Shown: in pieces, positions 46,615 through 61,101 of the stretch
How the letters are laid out: each line of letters starts with the position of its first letter
Position numbering within the stretch: position 1 is the first letter of the stretch
Source of the DNA: Bugula neritina
Taxonomy: Eukaryota > Animalia > Bryozoa
Reading direction: 5' to 3'
Assembly (NCBI GenBank): GCA_964035545.1
Contig: OZ037767.1
Location: 2,677,680 to 2,741,679, forward strand
DNA: 64,000 nucleotides
Made by a program: the position numbers and the translations under genes
The notes under the pieces: generated by a model
Database searches by the model: none
What the model was told of the DNA's origin: nothing
The model's input: the letters and a program-made list of their open reading frames with translations, nothing else

Positions 46615-49531
46615 CGTACGTAAGTAAGTAAGTAAGTAAGTAAGTCATAATATAATATAGTAATATAATATAATATAATAGACAATAGCGACCTACGTTT
46701 GTGAATACTCAATTTATTGGTCACATATCTGAACATACGAGAGCTGGCAGCTTCACTGTACATATATACTTCGTTTACATCATACCAGTCTACGTGGAAC
46801 TCTGTGAACTTTACTGTGTGTAACGCTGTAATACATAGCCTATGTTACATATAATACATCATAGTATACAGTAATATAATATGGTGTGTTGTAATATAAT
46901 ATGATGTGTTGCAACATTCTATTGTATGCTGTGATATATTATAGTTCTAGTGTATTGTAATGCTATACCATGTAGATGGGTTTATATTGTTGTATTTACA
47001 CTCAAAAACCTATCACGATGTTGCATTATATATTATATTACAATAGTATTATTATATGCACAGGCAAAACCTCTATATAAACTACACTGCTAACAAATGA
47101 GCTGCTTTAAATGAATAAACAAGAAGACAGTGAAAGTAGCAATGTATGACACGAAATCCCTAGAGTTTTAATTAACAAGAAGTCATAGTACTTTGACAGA
47201 AGAAGATCAATATGGCTGACAGCTAATTTTTAATTGTGGGTTGTCTTGTCATTTCTGGCTGCCTTGTCATTTCTTAGTTCCCGTTTACTCATCACAGACA
47301 CAAGAAATACTAAATGAGGTCACAATAATTAGAACATGGCTAGTGTTGCCCATGTATGTCAGTCATTGACATGTGAGTGAAATTCTCCTAAGGTTGATGC
47401 AAGAAGCAGTAGATAAGCTTGTGTGTACAAATAAACTGAATACAGCTTATCTTCACCCTAACTAGAAAGTAAAACCATTAGCAGGACTTCCTTGTAGCAG
47501 AAATTACAAGGCAAACAGCACAAGTTAATTACTTTCAATTCTGTGAAGCCTTTATAAAACCTCTACAGTATATTCACAGCGATTGCCCTGGAGGTAGTCT
47601 AATATATTATTTTGAGCCAGAATGATCAACAATGAATTTATATACTAGTATTTCAGTAAAGTTCTTAACATTTACTTTTAAATAAATAAGAATACCCGCC
47701 CCTCTTATGTATCAATGAGCACAGGCTTTCTTCCGAATGTTATTCATAATCATTTCCACATCCATAAAATATATTACATTGAAGCAAGGAAGATAATTGC
47801 TGTTTGCCACCAAAACAAGTTACAGAATAACGAAATAACCAGTTTCAACAGCTGAACTGTAAGCAACTGTAACTGAGTCATCAAATCAACGAAGTATATA
47901 TTATGTCAACAGTGAAATCACTGTAAACTTTACTCATAAGTATTTCAGAAAATGGATGAAAGGCACTGCAGTTTTAGAAGTAGTAAAAAAACTGATTAGG
48001 ATCACTCAAGGTAACGTTAGCAGCAGCAGTTGTTGACAATGCGGAAAGAAATTTTCCATAATTGCAGATTACAAAATGGTTGCTTATCAATCACGTAAAC
48101 AGCTACCCCACTACACTATAATTATAGGGAGTTGTTTATGAGGAATAGCTCTAACCTTCTGTTTTACCAGCTTTCTTCCCATCAGTTTGAGAGTCGGGTA
48201 TAGACATGCCCCTAAACTTAGTTAAATGATCCTGCTCTAATTGTAGGCTATATTCATACCCCAATGGCTGTCCAGTGCCGTCCACAAACCACGTACCTCT
48301 GAGGATGGGCAGGGATTTACCTGCAAGATATACAATAATATTAGAGAGCTCATTGAAGGCTGGTGAATCAAGTTGATATGTAAATCACAAAATTCTAGTT
48401 ATTTAAAAGCTGTTGGATGAAAAACATAGATAACTCCTTTAACCAATTTGATACACTATTTACATTTGCACTATTGTATTTCTCTGATTTGTGATTATTG
48501 CTAGACTAAAATTTTCAACATTGAGATAGAAATCAGGCTAATATTGATCTTAGCAAGGTTACGCATCACTTGCATGGTATGCCCATTTCCAACTCTGCCT
48601 ATAGGCATGTTATATACTATATAGCCTGAGAACTTGACTTTTAATTAGCCTGTTGACCCTAAAAATTCTGAACCACACTATTCTATTGCTATTCTAGTTC
48701 CGAACTCTGTTGAGGTTTATAGTGATATTATTGAGCATTGCATTTTAGGATGTTTAAAAATCAGATTAAGCAGTTTCAAAATTGCCAACTCAGCACAAAA
48801 TATTCGAAAATGTGAACCACCGATCAAAAGCTGCAGAACAGAAAATATAAAGTTCGTTTACACTGAAAATATATTCTATAGTAAACACTTTGCCAGTTTA
48901 CAGAATGTACTTTACACACCTTTCCAGTATACTGGGTGTATTTTGCTATTGGTGATGTCCACTTCGTACAGCCCACCACGCACATGTATGTTAGCATCAA
49001 TATCCCCCTCCTCCACACTGTTACTTCTCAGCCTGGCATACTCTAAGGCTCTGAATCTACACTCTATCCTCAATGAGTCATACCCTATGAATGCAACCCA
49101 CCTAGCCTTTGAATCTTCTTTGTAAAACCACCTGCCTCAAAAGAAGGAGACGGTTACACAAAACTGAAAATCACAGGCAATTCTTAAACTCTAAATTTGA
49201 ACATAAATCTAATTTTACTCAGTAACATATAAACAAAAAACACACCTAAAACAAAGAATGTAATATGTTTTAACTATCATAACCATATAAATTCTAAAAT
49301 AAAGACAAAATTAAACCACCTTATTTCTTCCGGAACTAATTCTTGAACTTTTTCAATTTGCAAAGAGTGCCAAAACATTTTCCGGACAGGTGGGGGTGAC
49401 TCGGTATTTTCCTGCAAGCCACTAGTGTCTGAAGGTGACTGGAAGGAAACATTGTCAGAGCTGCTTATGTCTTCATCCGAGCCAAAACCAGACGCTTCAT
49501 ACTCCATACCTTCTCCGACGCTTTTAAACAT
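40817..49531 (-). CDS. DDHD1: Phospholipase A1 DDHD1-like, 15 coding exons, ~726 aa
   Basis: Exons 49531-49320, 49131-48920, 48320-48156, 46825-46697, 46406-46262, 45579-45464, 45030-44924, 44150-43962, 43646-43570, 43220-43160, 43058-42909, 42365-42221, 41822-41664, 41276-41121, 40974-40817; motifs [59 protein letters not shown]. Confidence 0.93.
41305..41600. repeat. ~33-bp minisatellite containing copies of a DDHD1 splice acceptor
   Basis: GGGCACCTGCAACATGTGGCATACTATATGACA units. Confidence 0.88.
42530..42905. repeat. GTACTGAGTAGAGA-type minisatellite in a DDHD1 intron
   Basis: Tandem degenerate 14/21-bp units. Confidence 0.88.
44601..44965 (-). repeat. 63-bp tandem repeat (6 copies) of a DDHD1 exon 3' end plus its splice donor
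   Basis: Units start at 44601, 44664, 44727, 44790, 44853, 44916; each encodes MDILYY(T/A)SPLYRG(E/G) followed by GTGAGT. Confidence 0.95.
46075..46252. repeat. 33-bp minisatellite (GCAGGTACTTGGAGCACACAGTGACACTCTACA)
   Basis: About 5 units adjacent to a DDHD1 donor. Confidence 0.88.
46563..46645. repeat. (AGTA)n microsatellite
   Basis: Tetranucleotide run. Confidence 0.95.
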
Positions 49532-51502
49532 ACTTCTGTTTTAAACTTTTCTGCTTAAAGTTGCTGCAAATAAAAGGTTATACAGGAAATGTAATTTGCA
49601 GCAGTAGATTACTAATCACAACCACAAAGACTTCCATGATTATCCAAGGTCAGTCAGCCTCTCTGATTGCAATAACTCATTTTTAAATCTTAAGTTTTAT
49701 TTAAAATTATTTAATTATATAGAAAGTTCTGTAATACTAATTTCTGTTCCATTACATAATTCAAAATAGTAGTTAAGGCAATTTGAGTCTTAGCCAATAT
49801 AAATTAAATATAAATATGAAACTGAATATGGTCTTGAGCTTAGTTAATCAAAATTATAAAAATACTTAAACTTGATTACTTATAGAATATAAATATGATG
49901 ATTATTATTATAATAATAATACTTATAGTGCTACTAAGTAGTAAAGTAACACCAAATTTAATAATATATGACTATTAGTATTAGTCTAATAGTCATATAT
50001 TATTATATATCAATATAACTATGTAAATAGCTGTTTTTATCCTAAATACAAATTAAAATATACGTATATTTATAGCTATTCACATTCATTTTTATTGCAT
50101 TAGTATTAGTATTACTACTCTTGGCTTTGCCGCATTCAAATTATTATATTTATTATTTATATTTATGTTTTTTCCCCACATTTTTCTGTTCCAGCTTGCT
50201 TTACAACACCGATACAAATATATTATTCATATTAAATTTGACATCGATAATTGTACAAAATATTACTAAAAAGCTAAAGCTGGGAGTGGGACAGAATAAA
50301 AAATTGAAAATGTTAAATCACGAAAAAGCAAAAATCAAAATGTCAATTACTTAAAATAAATTATAATATTTAAATATAAATTTCAAATACAAGATAATGA
50401 AAGTCATAACTACAGTCACAGTAATAAAATGGTACATAACCATTCATGGGTATTAAATGTTAATTTAATACAATGGTTCAATAACAATGGGTGTGTTAGC
50501 CGCAGGGTAGTAGGTAGGTAGTAGTAGCCACAGGCACAAGTTACACAATAGGATGTTCTATTCGCGACAAAGTTTGCAACGGAAACGACCACAAGCTATT
50601 ATAATTGCACTCGTTGATAAACTAACCCCAAAGACTAGAAAAAGTTTCACGTCATAATGCTCAGCTACTATAAACCGCTGTAATAAAAAATAGTTGCCTT
50701 GGCGCGATGGTTACCACATAGGTGACTACATTTTTTTCACTTGCCATTAAAAGTTGTTCACAACTCGAGTCAAAGTGAACTAACCTTCAAGTAACCAACA
50801 ATTTACTTTTAACTAGAAACTTAATTTTTATACTGATACATTATCATTATGATATGATGTAATTATAACCAATAACTTATTAATCGCTTATAAAAATCTA
50901 ATATCATCTGCCTAAAGGTTTGAAAAAATATATTTATACTTGTAGTAATAGTTTTACTTTTAGTTATACTTTATAAGACTAAGTCTAAGAGTAAGACTAA
51001 GAGTAAGTTATAAGTATAATGTCAAGTGATTAACTGTTGCTGTTAGTGAGAGTTAGTGTTATAAATATAAGTTATACTTAAAATTAAAGGTTAACTTATT
51101 ACTTATAGCCAAACCTGACCAATGCTATTACAGTTAGTGCTACTAATAGTTATACTTACACTTATAGTTATAGTTATAGTATAAGTAATACTAGTAGATT
51201 AAATGTTAATACTAATAGTAATTGATAATGTTGTATTTTGAAATTGATACTTCGTTTTTACTTTCTTTTCATGACTGATAGAACGCTTAAAGTTGTTTGA
51301 AAGTGTTGTCCATTTAATTTATATTTTGAGTTCAGGTTTGGAAACAGTATAGCATACAAACTGAGACTAAATCGTTAATGTCAACTTACAGACATATCAG
51401 TATAATATTAATATGATTTCGAATTATTATAAAAAGTTTCTCACTATCATTAATATTTAAGTTCACTCTGACACAATTTTTTACAGATTTGAAAGAACAT
51501 AA

Positions 51503-53090
51503 ATGGCTTCCTGGCAGACTCAAAGTACCTCAGGCGCCTCTCACCCCAGACTCACTGTCACCAACATAGGCTAGTTTCTCTACAGTACTTTGTAAATAAT
51601 TACTGTGCCCTGTATTGATAGTCCATTCTCTATAATTTCTTTATAAAAACTTGTTTATAGTGGGAATTTAAGTTTTAGTTGAACTGACTTTTTGCTATGA
51701 ATCTTAAGAAGGTATATTTCTATTACTTATGTTCAAAGCAACCAAAATATTGTTTATTTTATTTCTTTATTGAATTGATTGAATAACATCTCTAAGCTTT
51801 TATTAGTAAAATATTCTCTTACAAATTTAGAAACTGTGACTACAACTTTTAAAAGTGTCTTTATTTATTTAGAGAAGAAAGCTGAAGAGAAGCTGAGGTT
51901 TCAAATAGAACTAGAGTTTGTACAAAGTCTGGCGAATCCCCATTATCTAAACTGTAAGTAATTACTACATGACTGATCACCATTAGTATAGACTTAAGAG
52001 CTATAATTTGTAAGCTGTAAATAAAGTCCAAGTAAGCTGTGAGTGTAATGGAATATTTTAATTAGGAGTTGTAATCTCTTTGAGAGTAATACGCAACACC
52101 AACACAGAAATGTATGAACTGGCAATTCATTGTCTAGTTTTAGCTCAGCGAGGCACATTTAAAGACTCAAAGTTTGTCAACTATCTTCATTATCTACAGT
52201 ACTGGAAAGAGCCTCAATACGCCAAGTGTTTGAAGTAAGTGGCTATTAGTTACTTATTACTTGTAACTTTGGAGCTACCTACTCACTTTAACTTTGGAGT
52301 TATCTACTGCCTGTAACTTAGGAGTTATCTACTCACTGTAGCTTTAAAGTTATCTACTACTTGTAACTTAGGAGTTATCTACTACTTGTAACTTGGGAGT
52401 TATCTACTACTTGTAACTTGAAAGTTATCTACTACTTGTAACTTGGGAGTTACCTACTCGTGGTAACTTTAAATTTGCTTTTTACCTATAACTTTGGAGT
52501 TATCTACTGCCTGTAACTTTGTACTCTACTATTTGTTATTTATACTACTTTTTTACTATCAATGTATTTGCAGATTCCTGTAACTTTTTAACTGCTTAAC
52601 TAGTTAGTGTGATGTGTCACATGACAGGTCACAAGTACACTTAATGTCATAATTCAATATGAAAGTTTTTTTGTTGAAGTTGTAATTTTTTCAATTGTGT
52701 GAAAAGGCGATAGTGTTGGTTGCCATTTTGTATTACTACTCTTCACAGAGTTGCTCTGCTTTGGATTCAAATCAGTTCTACTAAACTGCCTGCTGGGTGC
52801 TACTTAGACCGTGTTACATGTAATATTTTACTCATATTGAGGTTGGTTTTAGATACCCACAGTGTTTGTACCTGCTAGACCTTCTCCAGTACGAGGTGTT
52901 CAGAAAGGAGCTGGTCAACAATCAGTGTGCCAAATTCATTGACGACCAGCAGCTCCTGCACTGGCAGCACTATCAGCGTAAACGGACTAAACTCATTAAC
53001 AACGAGCACGAGAAGCACCAGAGTCAGCTCTCTCAGGGTCAGCAGGCCTCAACTACAAGTAACTCTGCCTCCGGCAGCATCAATAAATAA
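51503..53090 (+). CDS. MED31: Mediator subunit 31
   Basis: Exons 51503-51569 (probable GC donor), 51873-51953, 52138-52234, 52853-53090; RFQIELEFVQSLANPHYLNFLAQRG, YLQYWKEPQYAK, YPQCLYLLDLLQ. Confidence 0.95.
52255..52520. repeat. ~22-bp minisatellite (GTAACTTGGAGTTATCTACTAC)
   Basis: Tandem degenerate units; related GGAGTTATCTAC words also occur near 24549 and 24642. Confidence 0.8.
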
Positions 53091-53927
53091 CTGTCACCGG
53101 ATCAAGGTCGTGTAATATTTACTTTTCACCACGCGGTGTCGTGCCTGGAGGTTTAAACTTCCAATTCAACACTAAATGAGGTGTGAATTTTAAAAGCTAG
53201 CCCTAGTCAACCATTGTAGATTTGCAGGTAAACATATCATATGCTCTGTATTTAATCCTGGACTATAGGAAAAAGGAACACTATAATAGAGGGGGGGGGT
53301 CACCACCCACCCGTCATGGTGTTGCTCAGTGACTGATAGATGTAGGCTATGTTGACGGTATTTCACCAAAACCAACTTTATGTATCAAATCTTTAATTCC
53401 CTACTGTAGATAACAGTGTATATGCAAGACGCCACGTGATGATTTTCACTCACAGTGATGTCTAAAAACATTAGCTCATTCACTAATATGAAGTATGCAA
53501 GTTAAAATATTATGTAGAGGCTCGAGAAATATGAGATTTGTCTCCTCTAGATATTAATAGATTTTATACTAATGTCCTTATATGTACATATGAATGTATA
53601 GTGATGGAAATAATTTGAGGAGTTGTTTTGTATTTATTACATGTAAAATATTATTGTTGTGCAAAATAACAAAATAACAAACACTTCGTCTTCCGTGTAC
53701 ATTGCCATTTAATCACCTTCATTAATATATATACTTCAGGCTATTTCATGATATATTGCAATCAATACCCTAATGACTATCATATTAAAATACACAACAT
53801 CTACCTTTAACCATCATCTCCCATGTCAGCATCTACGTCAGAAAATACAATTTATTGATTTTTCTTGACAAAGTAGTTAGAAACAGCACAGTGTATCAAT
53901 ACTACTCTAAGCAAGTGGTATAGAGCT

Positions 53928-56900
53928 ATGACTATGCTGGTTTCATCCCTTCATACACTAACAGCTGTTACCGTATTTCTCACTACTTGTGTCCACTCTG
54001 AAGATATAGCTACTAACCAGTGGCATATTACACTAAGATCTCCCCTAAATATCCGCCAAGTTCGAGATTTAGTTGGCAGAAATGGGTTCTCTGTCATAAA
54101 TCAGGTATAAATTAATAACATACTTTTCTTGTTTGGTCAACATATAGCTGTATTACTTTATGTTGTTATCTGGTGAACATATTATGGTTGTATTAGTTTA
54201 TAATGCCTGCGATGTGATACCTTTTACCTAGTTGTCAAACTTATTTATTCAATTGGATGGTACTTGTGTGCTATTTTACTGCGATTAGTTGCAAACTATA
54301 AACTGAGTTCTTTTCAAGGTGTTGGGGTCGGAGACTGAGTACCACATTGTTCACAATGGTTTGGCTAGCCATAGGACCAGGAGAAGTATTAGTCACACTA
54401 AACTACTCAAAGCAGCAGATAATGTATGTTGGTCATGACATCATTTCCTATTAAATAGTATATGCTATTAGTTAGATGGTCATAGTAAGTTATATAGTGT
54501 AATAGTAAGTTATAAGTATAATAGTAGGTTTTACCATTAAGCAATCTAAGCTACCCGAACAGGTGAAAGCGGAAATAGGTGAGAATTTAAGCTATCTCTG
54601 TAAGCCATAAAAGAAAACTATATTATATACAGTAGATACCAGAAACCTAGGAGAAGTCTACTATATAGTAATTATCATAATATAGAGTAATTACAGTTTC
54701 ATCAACATAATAATAAACGTAATTATCTTCATTCATTTTATCCTATAACTTAGTTTTAAACATGATTTCTACAATATAGGCTGTTTGGAAGTATTTCAAG
54801 TAAAACACACACCTAAATAATGTAAGGCACAGCTGTTTCATAGTATAACTAATCATATATGTTATGGTATTGCATCATTTATATTTGATATATCACATTA
54901 TAACTAATAGAACCAGAAACATTACACTATAATGTACACGATTAGTTCTATGAAAGTAAACAAGTATGATATTATGATGTATACATGATGGGCCATTACA
55001 TCATATACTCTGACATTACATTGTAGTCTCATTTGATTTTACTAAAATTTTGTTATAGCTTATGATATCGATTTGTAAATGGTATTATTTATGTTGTGAA
55101 TTTTGATTGAAATATTATAAAATACTTTGTATTCTAAATGAATATGTGTTTCTAGGTCCTACGAGCAGAGCAATTGACAGGATATGTCCGTGAGAAAAGA
55201 GGGTACAAACCGTTTATATTGTCAGGAGATAACTCCAAGTTCCAACATACTTATGAGAACAGTATCAGACCAAGATATATGCCAAAGAGTAACCCCAAAG
55301 TTCAGCATGCTGTAGAAGACAACTTTAAGCCCCAGGAAGCTTTGAGGGACAACTCCAAACTCTCATCTGAAACAGATGAAGGTGTTGTGCCCTCAGACTC
55401 CTTGTATAAGAAAGAATGGTATCTTGTAAGTCTACCTTCCATAAGCATTTCGAACGAATTCATTTAAAAACAATTTTTGGACAAATATTTGAATGTTTTT
55501 TATTGAAAAGGAAATGATATTTGAAAAAAGCTTAACTGAGAGCAGAATTTATGTTTTCACTACTAAATTTTCAAGCAGTTGCAGACTACCACAGTCAACA
55601 TGCTGCCTTCGTCCATAAACACACATTATTTAAAAAAATTCAAATTTAGCAAACATAGATTTCAAGTTGATTTGCGTTTTATAATTTAGTATAGTTGTTA
55701 TAGCGTTGATATCCTTATTCTAAATTGACAATTTAGCATATATGGTTGTAATAGCGTTGAAAATTGATTTTATATTTTAATGTAGAAAAACACAGGGCAG
55801 GCAGATGGACGTCCCGGATTGGATCTGAATGTAGAGCCGGCATGGGCCAAGGGCTACACTGGTAAAGGAATAACTACAGCTATAATGGATGACGGGATAG
55901 ACTACTTACACCCTGACCTCTACTATAACTTTGTATGTTAGCTGTATGACAGATATATATGCATTAAACGTGTTGCACACAGCTGGCACATATTTCATTC
56001 AGGGGTAATAGCGGACAAATTTCATTAGCTCAAGCTCTCTGTTTGTCTTTATGAACTTTGGTTTGGAGTGGTAGTTAAAAGTATCATGAAAACACGATAT
56101 TTCTCATCTAGAACATAGGCTTAATTTTCTAAATTTCTCTATTTTGCTCACAGTGTGTACATGGCTTTTAAATGAATAACTTGAGTCGCTATAATTTATG
56201 ATACTCGACATGGTTTGTTTCCTGTTTGAAAATACCTTAAGAGTTCTAAATTTCTCTTTTGAGTACTATATTTCCCTTGAGAATTATACTATAAGTACTA
56301 TATATATTATATATTTTCCTATATTCAACTTTCAAGTACTATATTTCCCTTGTGAGTCGTACGTTTCCTTTATATTCAACTCGACAGCCTGTTGCTTAAT
56401 AATATTTAGTATTCAATGCATTACATGTGTGGAAAAAGTTTATAGCAACAAAGGTCAAATGAAGGTCAAGTCTCCTCGTTATTTCTGTTTCAGAATGCGG
56501 ATGCAAGTTTTGACTTCAGCAACAATGACCCATACCCGTACCCGAGATATACTGATGACTGGTTCAACAGGTTATTATCTGTCTGTCATTGGATTAAAAT
56601 TTTGACTTTAATGCTAAACTAACTGCTAGAAGAATTAATGATACATAATGTGATACATTTGGTTAGGAGAAGTCTGTATAAGATCTTCGTTTAGCAAAAA
56701 GTTCTGTATATAACCTGAATTCTACAGAATTTTGCTTGGTCAACAGGCTACAGTTTTTTTAGAAGATTGTGAATTACTTTGTTGAAATGTTTTATCAGAT
56801 TGCATGTTTTGTGGTCTTCTGCTAGACCTTCTGTTGTGCACACATAGTCTAGTTTATGTACATGTATGCAAGTAAACGGTTATAAATATCAAGTACGACT

Positions 56901-59900
56901 AGTTTATTGCTTTTTGCTCAGAAAGTATTTACAAAATTAATTTTTACACAAATAGAATAATATTTTATCAGTAATGTGACTTATAGTTTCTTTGGTTTAT
57001 GCAGAGTAAAAACTAAGCATATATTTATGAGGTTGAGGGTACACTACTGTCTGTTGTAGCCATGGAACAAGATGTGCAGGTGAAATAGCTGCTGCTAGAA
57101 ATGGTAAAGGTGCTGTAGGTGTGGCATACAACTCCAAAATAGCAGGTAAAATAGATTATTAAACAGATACTGTCTTCTATCTACGTAGTTCAGCATGATA
57201 TAACACGATAGACCACGTTGTAAATTTTCTTATAATGCAGACTAACATTGTTGTACCATTTTCTAATTATTTTTAACACATTTCCATTATTACTGTCATA
57301 TTTCATTGCTCCCACACTATCACTGCTGTCACACTGTGACATAAAAATTACGTAGATTACTAGAAACTTATTATAATGCAATTTTATATTTAATTAATTA
57401 TTTTTAGACATGTAATATCGTTAAAGTTTTTCTTAGGGCTACGTATGCTGGACCAGCCGTATATGACTGACGTTATAGAAGCTCAGTCTATGGGCTACAA
57501 ACAGGATATAGTAGACATCTACAGTGCATCGTGGGGGCCAACTGATGATGGGAAAACCTGTGACGGCCCTCGCAAACTCACAATGAGGTCTATAGTAAAA
57601 GGAGTGAATGAGGTGAGAGCTCATTGTCTAGTGCTCAATCACTAAAATGTGTTATATATGTGTGATGAAAGTAAAATAACAATAATATGTTATAGCATAG
57701 GAACATAGTGAAAAAGGGTAGCGTTCAAAGGTTTGGAGGAGCATGGTGGAAGTGTAGCATATATTATTATATATTATATACATATATAAAAAATTGTAAT
57801 ATAAATAATATACAGCTCTAACATATATTCTAGGCGCATGATGTAAAAAGTAGTAGGCCTATATGAAAATTTATATGTTATAGGAAAGAGTAATATATAG
57901 TAATATATGTTACAGGGGCATAGTCAAAAGGGTAATATATAACGATGTATGTTATAGGAAAGAGTAATATATAGTAATATATGTTACAGGGGCGGGGTGG
58001 AAAGGGTAATATATACGTATGGGCCTCAGGCGATGGCGGTCCCGCAGATGACTGTAACTGTGACGGCTATGCAGCCTCCATGTGGACCATATCCATAAAC
58101 TCTGTAACCAATGATGGAGAGACGGCCAGTTACGATGAGTCATGCAGCTCCACCCTGGCTTCTACATTCAGTAACGGGAAACCAGGCTATGCCGATGCAG
58201 GCGTTGTAAGTCATATCACCAACAGCAGTATGTTGACACTACAGTTCCGGGGCTTAATGAGGAAATAATCAATAAATACTTGATTGGTTTCTATATTTAG
58301 CGCAGCATGAAGTCACAGCTGTCTGACGATATTTCTATTTTTAGCACTAATTGTTGTGTAGACATTCTGTGACACTAAAGTGGAATATAAGCTCATGTTT
58401 GTCAGCTTAGTGTTTGCAGTTTTGGCTATTTAAGCATTCTGTATATAACAGCACATTGATTGATATTTACTCCCAATGTGTAGGTAATCTTAATAATCGT
58501 TCTGATTGGAATGAGATATGTAATGCTCGAAATAAAAGATAGCAGAAATCTTTCTATTGAGAAATTTTTCATAGGATTGCTGTAAATATTATTACATCAT
58601 ATCTCTGATAATAAAGAGGAGTAATTATTTGCAAAGTTTGCTGTTGAATGTTCGCCTTGCAAAATAGTCAATATCTAGTTTCGTGAAGGGGGGGGGGGGG
58701 GTTGGCTGCCTTGAAAATTCTTAGAAAATTTCTGTAAATAAGTGAAACGACAGAATCTAATAAACTGTCTCTGTCTTATAGGCCACGACAGACTTGTTTG
58801 GAAATGTCACAACAAAACATTCTGGCACGTCAGCGGCAGCCCCAGAGGCAGCGGGGGTGTTTGCCCTTGCCCTGGAAGCAAAGTAAGTCTTGCTATCTCA
58901 TCGTTACATGTGCTCATGTGCTACTTACAATACTATCTGTACAGCACAGTATCGTATAAGGTGTTCAATTTTTTGAGACTTTGATGTAGATGTGTGTAAA
59001 ACATGTAAACTTCGTCATTTTCAGTCCGAGTCTGACATGGCGGGATATGCAGCACCTCGTGGTGCTCGGCTCTAAAAGGAACCATCTCCATGACAACACT
59101 CTAGAGCACCCGTGGAAACTAAACGGGGCGGGCCTGGAGTTCAACCACCTTTTTGGATACGGGGTGTTAGACGCTGGGGCTATTGTAGACTTGGCTATTA
59201 ATTGGACTACCGTACCTGAGAGGTTCCATTGTGATATCAACACAGTGGAAATCAACAGGTGAGGAATTGTCCTCTTTTCTCTTTACGAATAATATAAGCC
59301 TTTTAAAAAGCAAGTACTTTGGTTGATCTCAAATGTGTTGAAGAACTGTGAATGCAATCGGGACTGTAAATCTCTAAACCAAAGTCTTCACAATTTTACC
59401 CAGCTATGCTTATAGTTTGCTGTCTTGGCAACTACTTAGCTAATTGTCAACTATTTTGCTAAGAGTTTCTGTAGCCATCTATGTCTTTAGGCTTCAGACA
59501 TAAACTCTAATCTTATGAATATTAATGAAAATATTAATATGTTAATAGAACTATCAATTTATTAATAGAAATATAAACATATTTATAGAAAGCTGAGGGT
59601 TAATGAGCCAATAATTATCAAAGTGAATACCACTGGGTGCAAGGGTGAGGAGAATGAAGTGAAGTTTCTAGAACATGTGCAAGCATTCATATCTGTAAAG
59701 TCTACTCGAAGAGGTAAAGTTAATCAGTAAAGTTTTATGTTACTTTAAGATAGTCTGGTGATTATAAGTATATCAAAAGTTCCAGCACAGTTATACAAAT
59801 TAATTTACATTTTTGGGTCAATTTTGATGTTTTCAGAATTCTTGTTTGAGAAAATTGTGTCTTCACTTGCCATGAAGTAATTTTTCGTTAGAAAATTGTT

Positions 59901-61101
59901 TCTTTGATAATTTTTTAAGTTTTTGTATAACGCATGTTTATAGTGAGTTTGTAGTCAGGGATCTACTTAGAGGTAGTCGCAGTAATGGAGAAATTTGGAA
60001 AATTCTTTTATAGAAACAAGAAGTTGTATTCTTGCAATACTTTTAGCTTACATCTCAAACCACAATTCGTTGAAACATTTTTAGATAATCTCATATAACA
60101 ATTTCTCCACTGCTGTGCCAATCTGGATTCTAGTGCAATGCATTAAGAAAGACTTTTCATATTGGTACGTTTGAATCTTGGGATTTTTGAAATGAAATTC
60201 TCTCTTTAGTTTCACCCTGTCTAACCCCAAGTGTAGATTCCTAAGCACTAAGGTTTTAGAAAGCCTTTTGTCTTTCATAAATGGTAACAGATGAAATTTA
60301 TTTTGAAGGGTTAACTATTTAGCCCAAGTTCTAAGACTATGAGGGTTTATCTACTATCTAGCCTAAGTTCTATGACTATGCAGGTATATGCACTATTTAG
60401 CCTGAGTTTTGACTATGTAGGTAACATTCAGATGCACCTGACGTCACCAATGGGCACCAAGTCAATGATTCTTAGCAAGAGACCGAAAGATGACGACTCC
60501 CTAGAAGGCTTTACTAAATGGCCTTTTATGACCACCCATTCATGGGCGGAGAGCCCTGCAGGTAATGATGTTATATTTTCAAGTAGAGGCTGTACAGAAT
60601 CACCTTGTAAACTCATTTCTAAGGTTTTCTGTGTATTTCAACCCACTAATGAGTGTTAAACGGAAAGCAGGCATTTAGCTCAATAGGAGTCAGTGTGAAT
60701 GACTGGTGATTGCAGAAACAGCATCACTTTGTTGCTACAGCTTATAACTCTCAACTCTCTCTTATATTATGAATTGAACATCTGACTGTAAACATAAAGA
60801 GAAGAACGTGAACGAGAAATACCAAGAGTTTGAGAAAAACATATTTCAAAATGTTGGCATATTATGTAAGTGAGAAGTTGGTGCATGCTTGTTACTAATT
60901 TCAAGCTATTCTGCAGTTTATATATATTTAGGTACATGGGTTCTCGAAGTGATGCTGGACACAGAGGACCCTTCTGAGATGGGGCTTCTGAAGGACTTCT
61001 CTCTGGTACTTCATGGTACAAAAGTGTCACCATACATTGGCCAGACCAATGGTCTAAACAACAGAAAGCTGCAGTACGCTAAACGCTTGCATCAGCAGTG
61101 A
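53928..61101 (+). CDS. PCSK2: Neuroendocrine convertase 2 (PC2), 13 exons, ~674 aa
   Basis: Exons 53928-54104, 54319-54423, 55156-55425, 55786-55932, 56494-56570, 57060-57145, 57437-57612, 57990-58205, 58782-58882, 59025-59258, 59589-59713, 60421-60561, 60932-61101; signal peptide, REKR-GY pro-site, catalytic MDDG / HGTRC / GTSAA, PC2-specific oxyanion Asp in WASGDGG, P domain. Confidence 0.95.
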
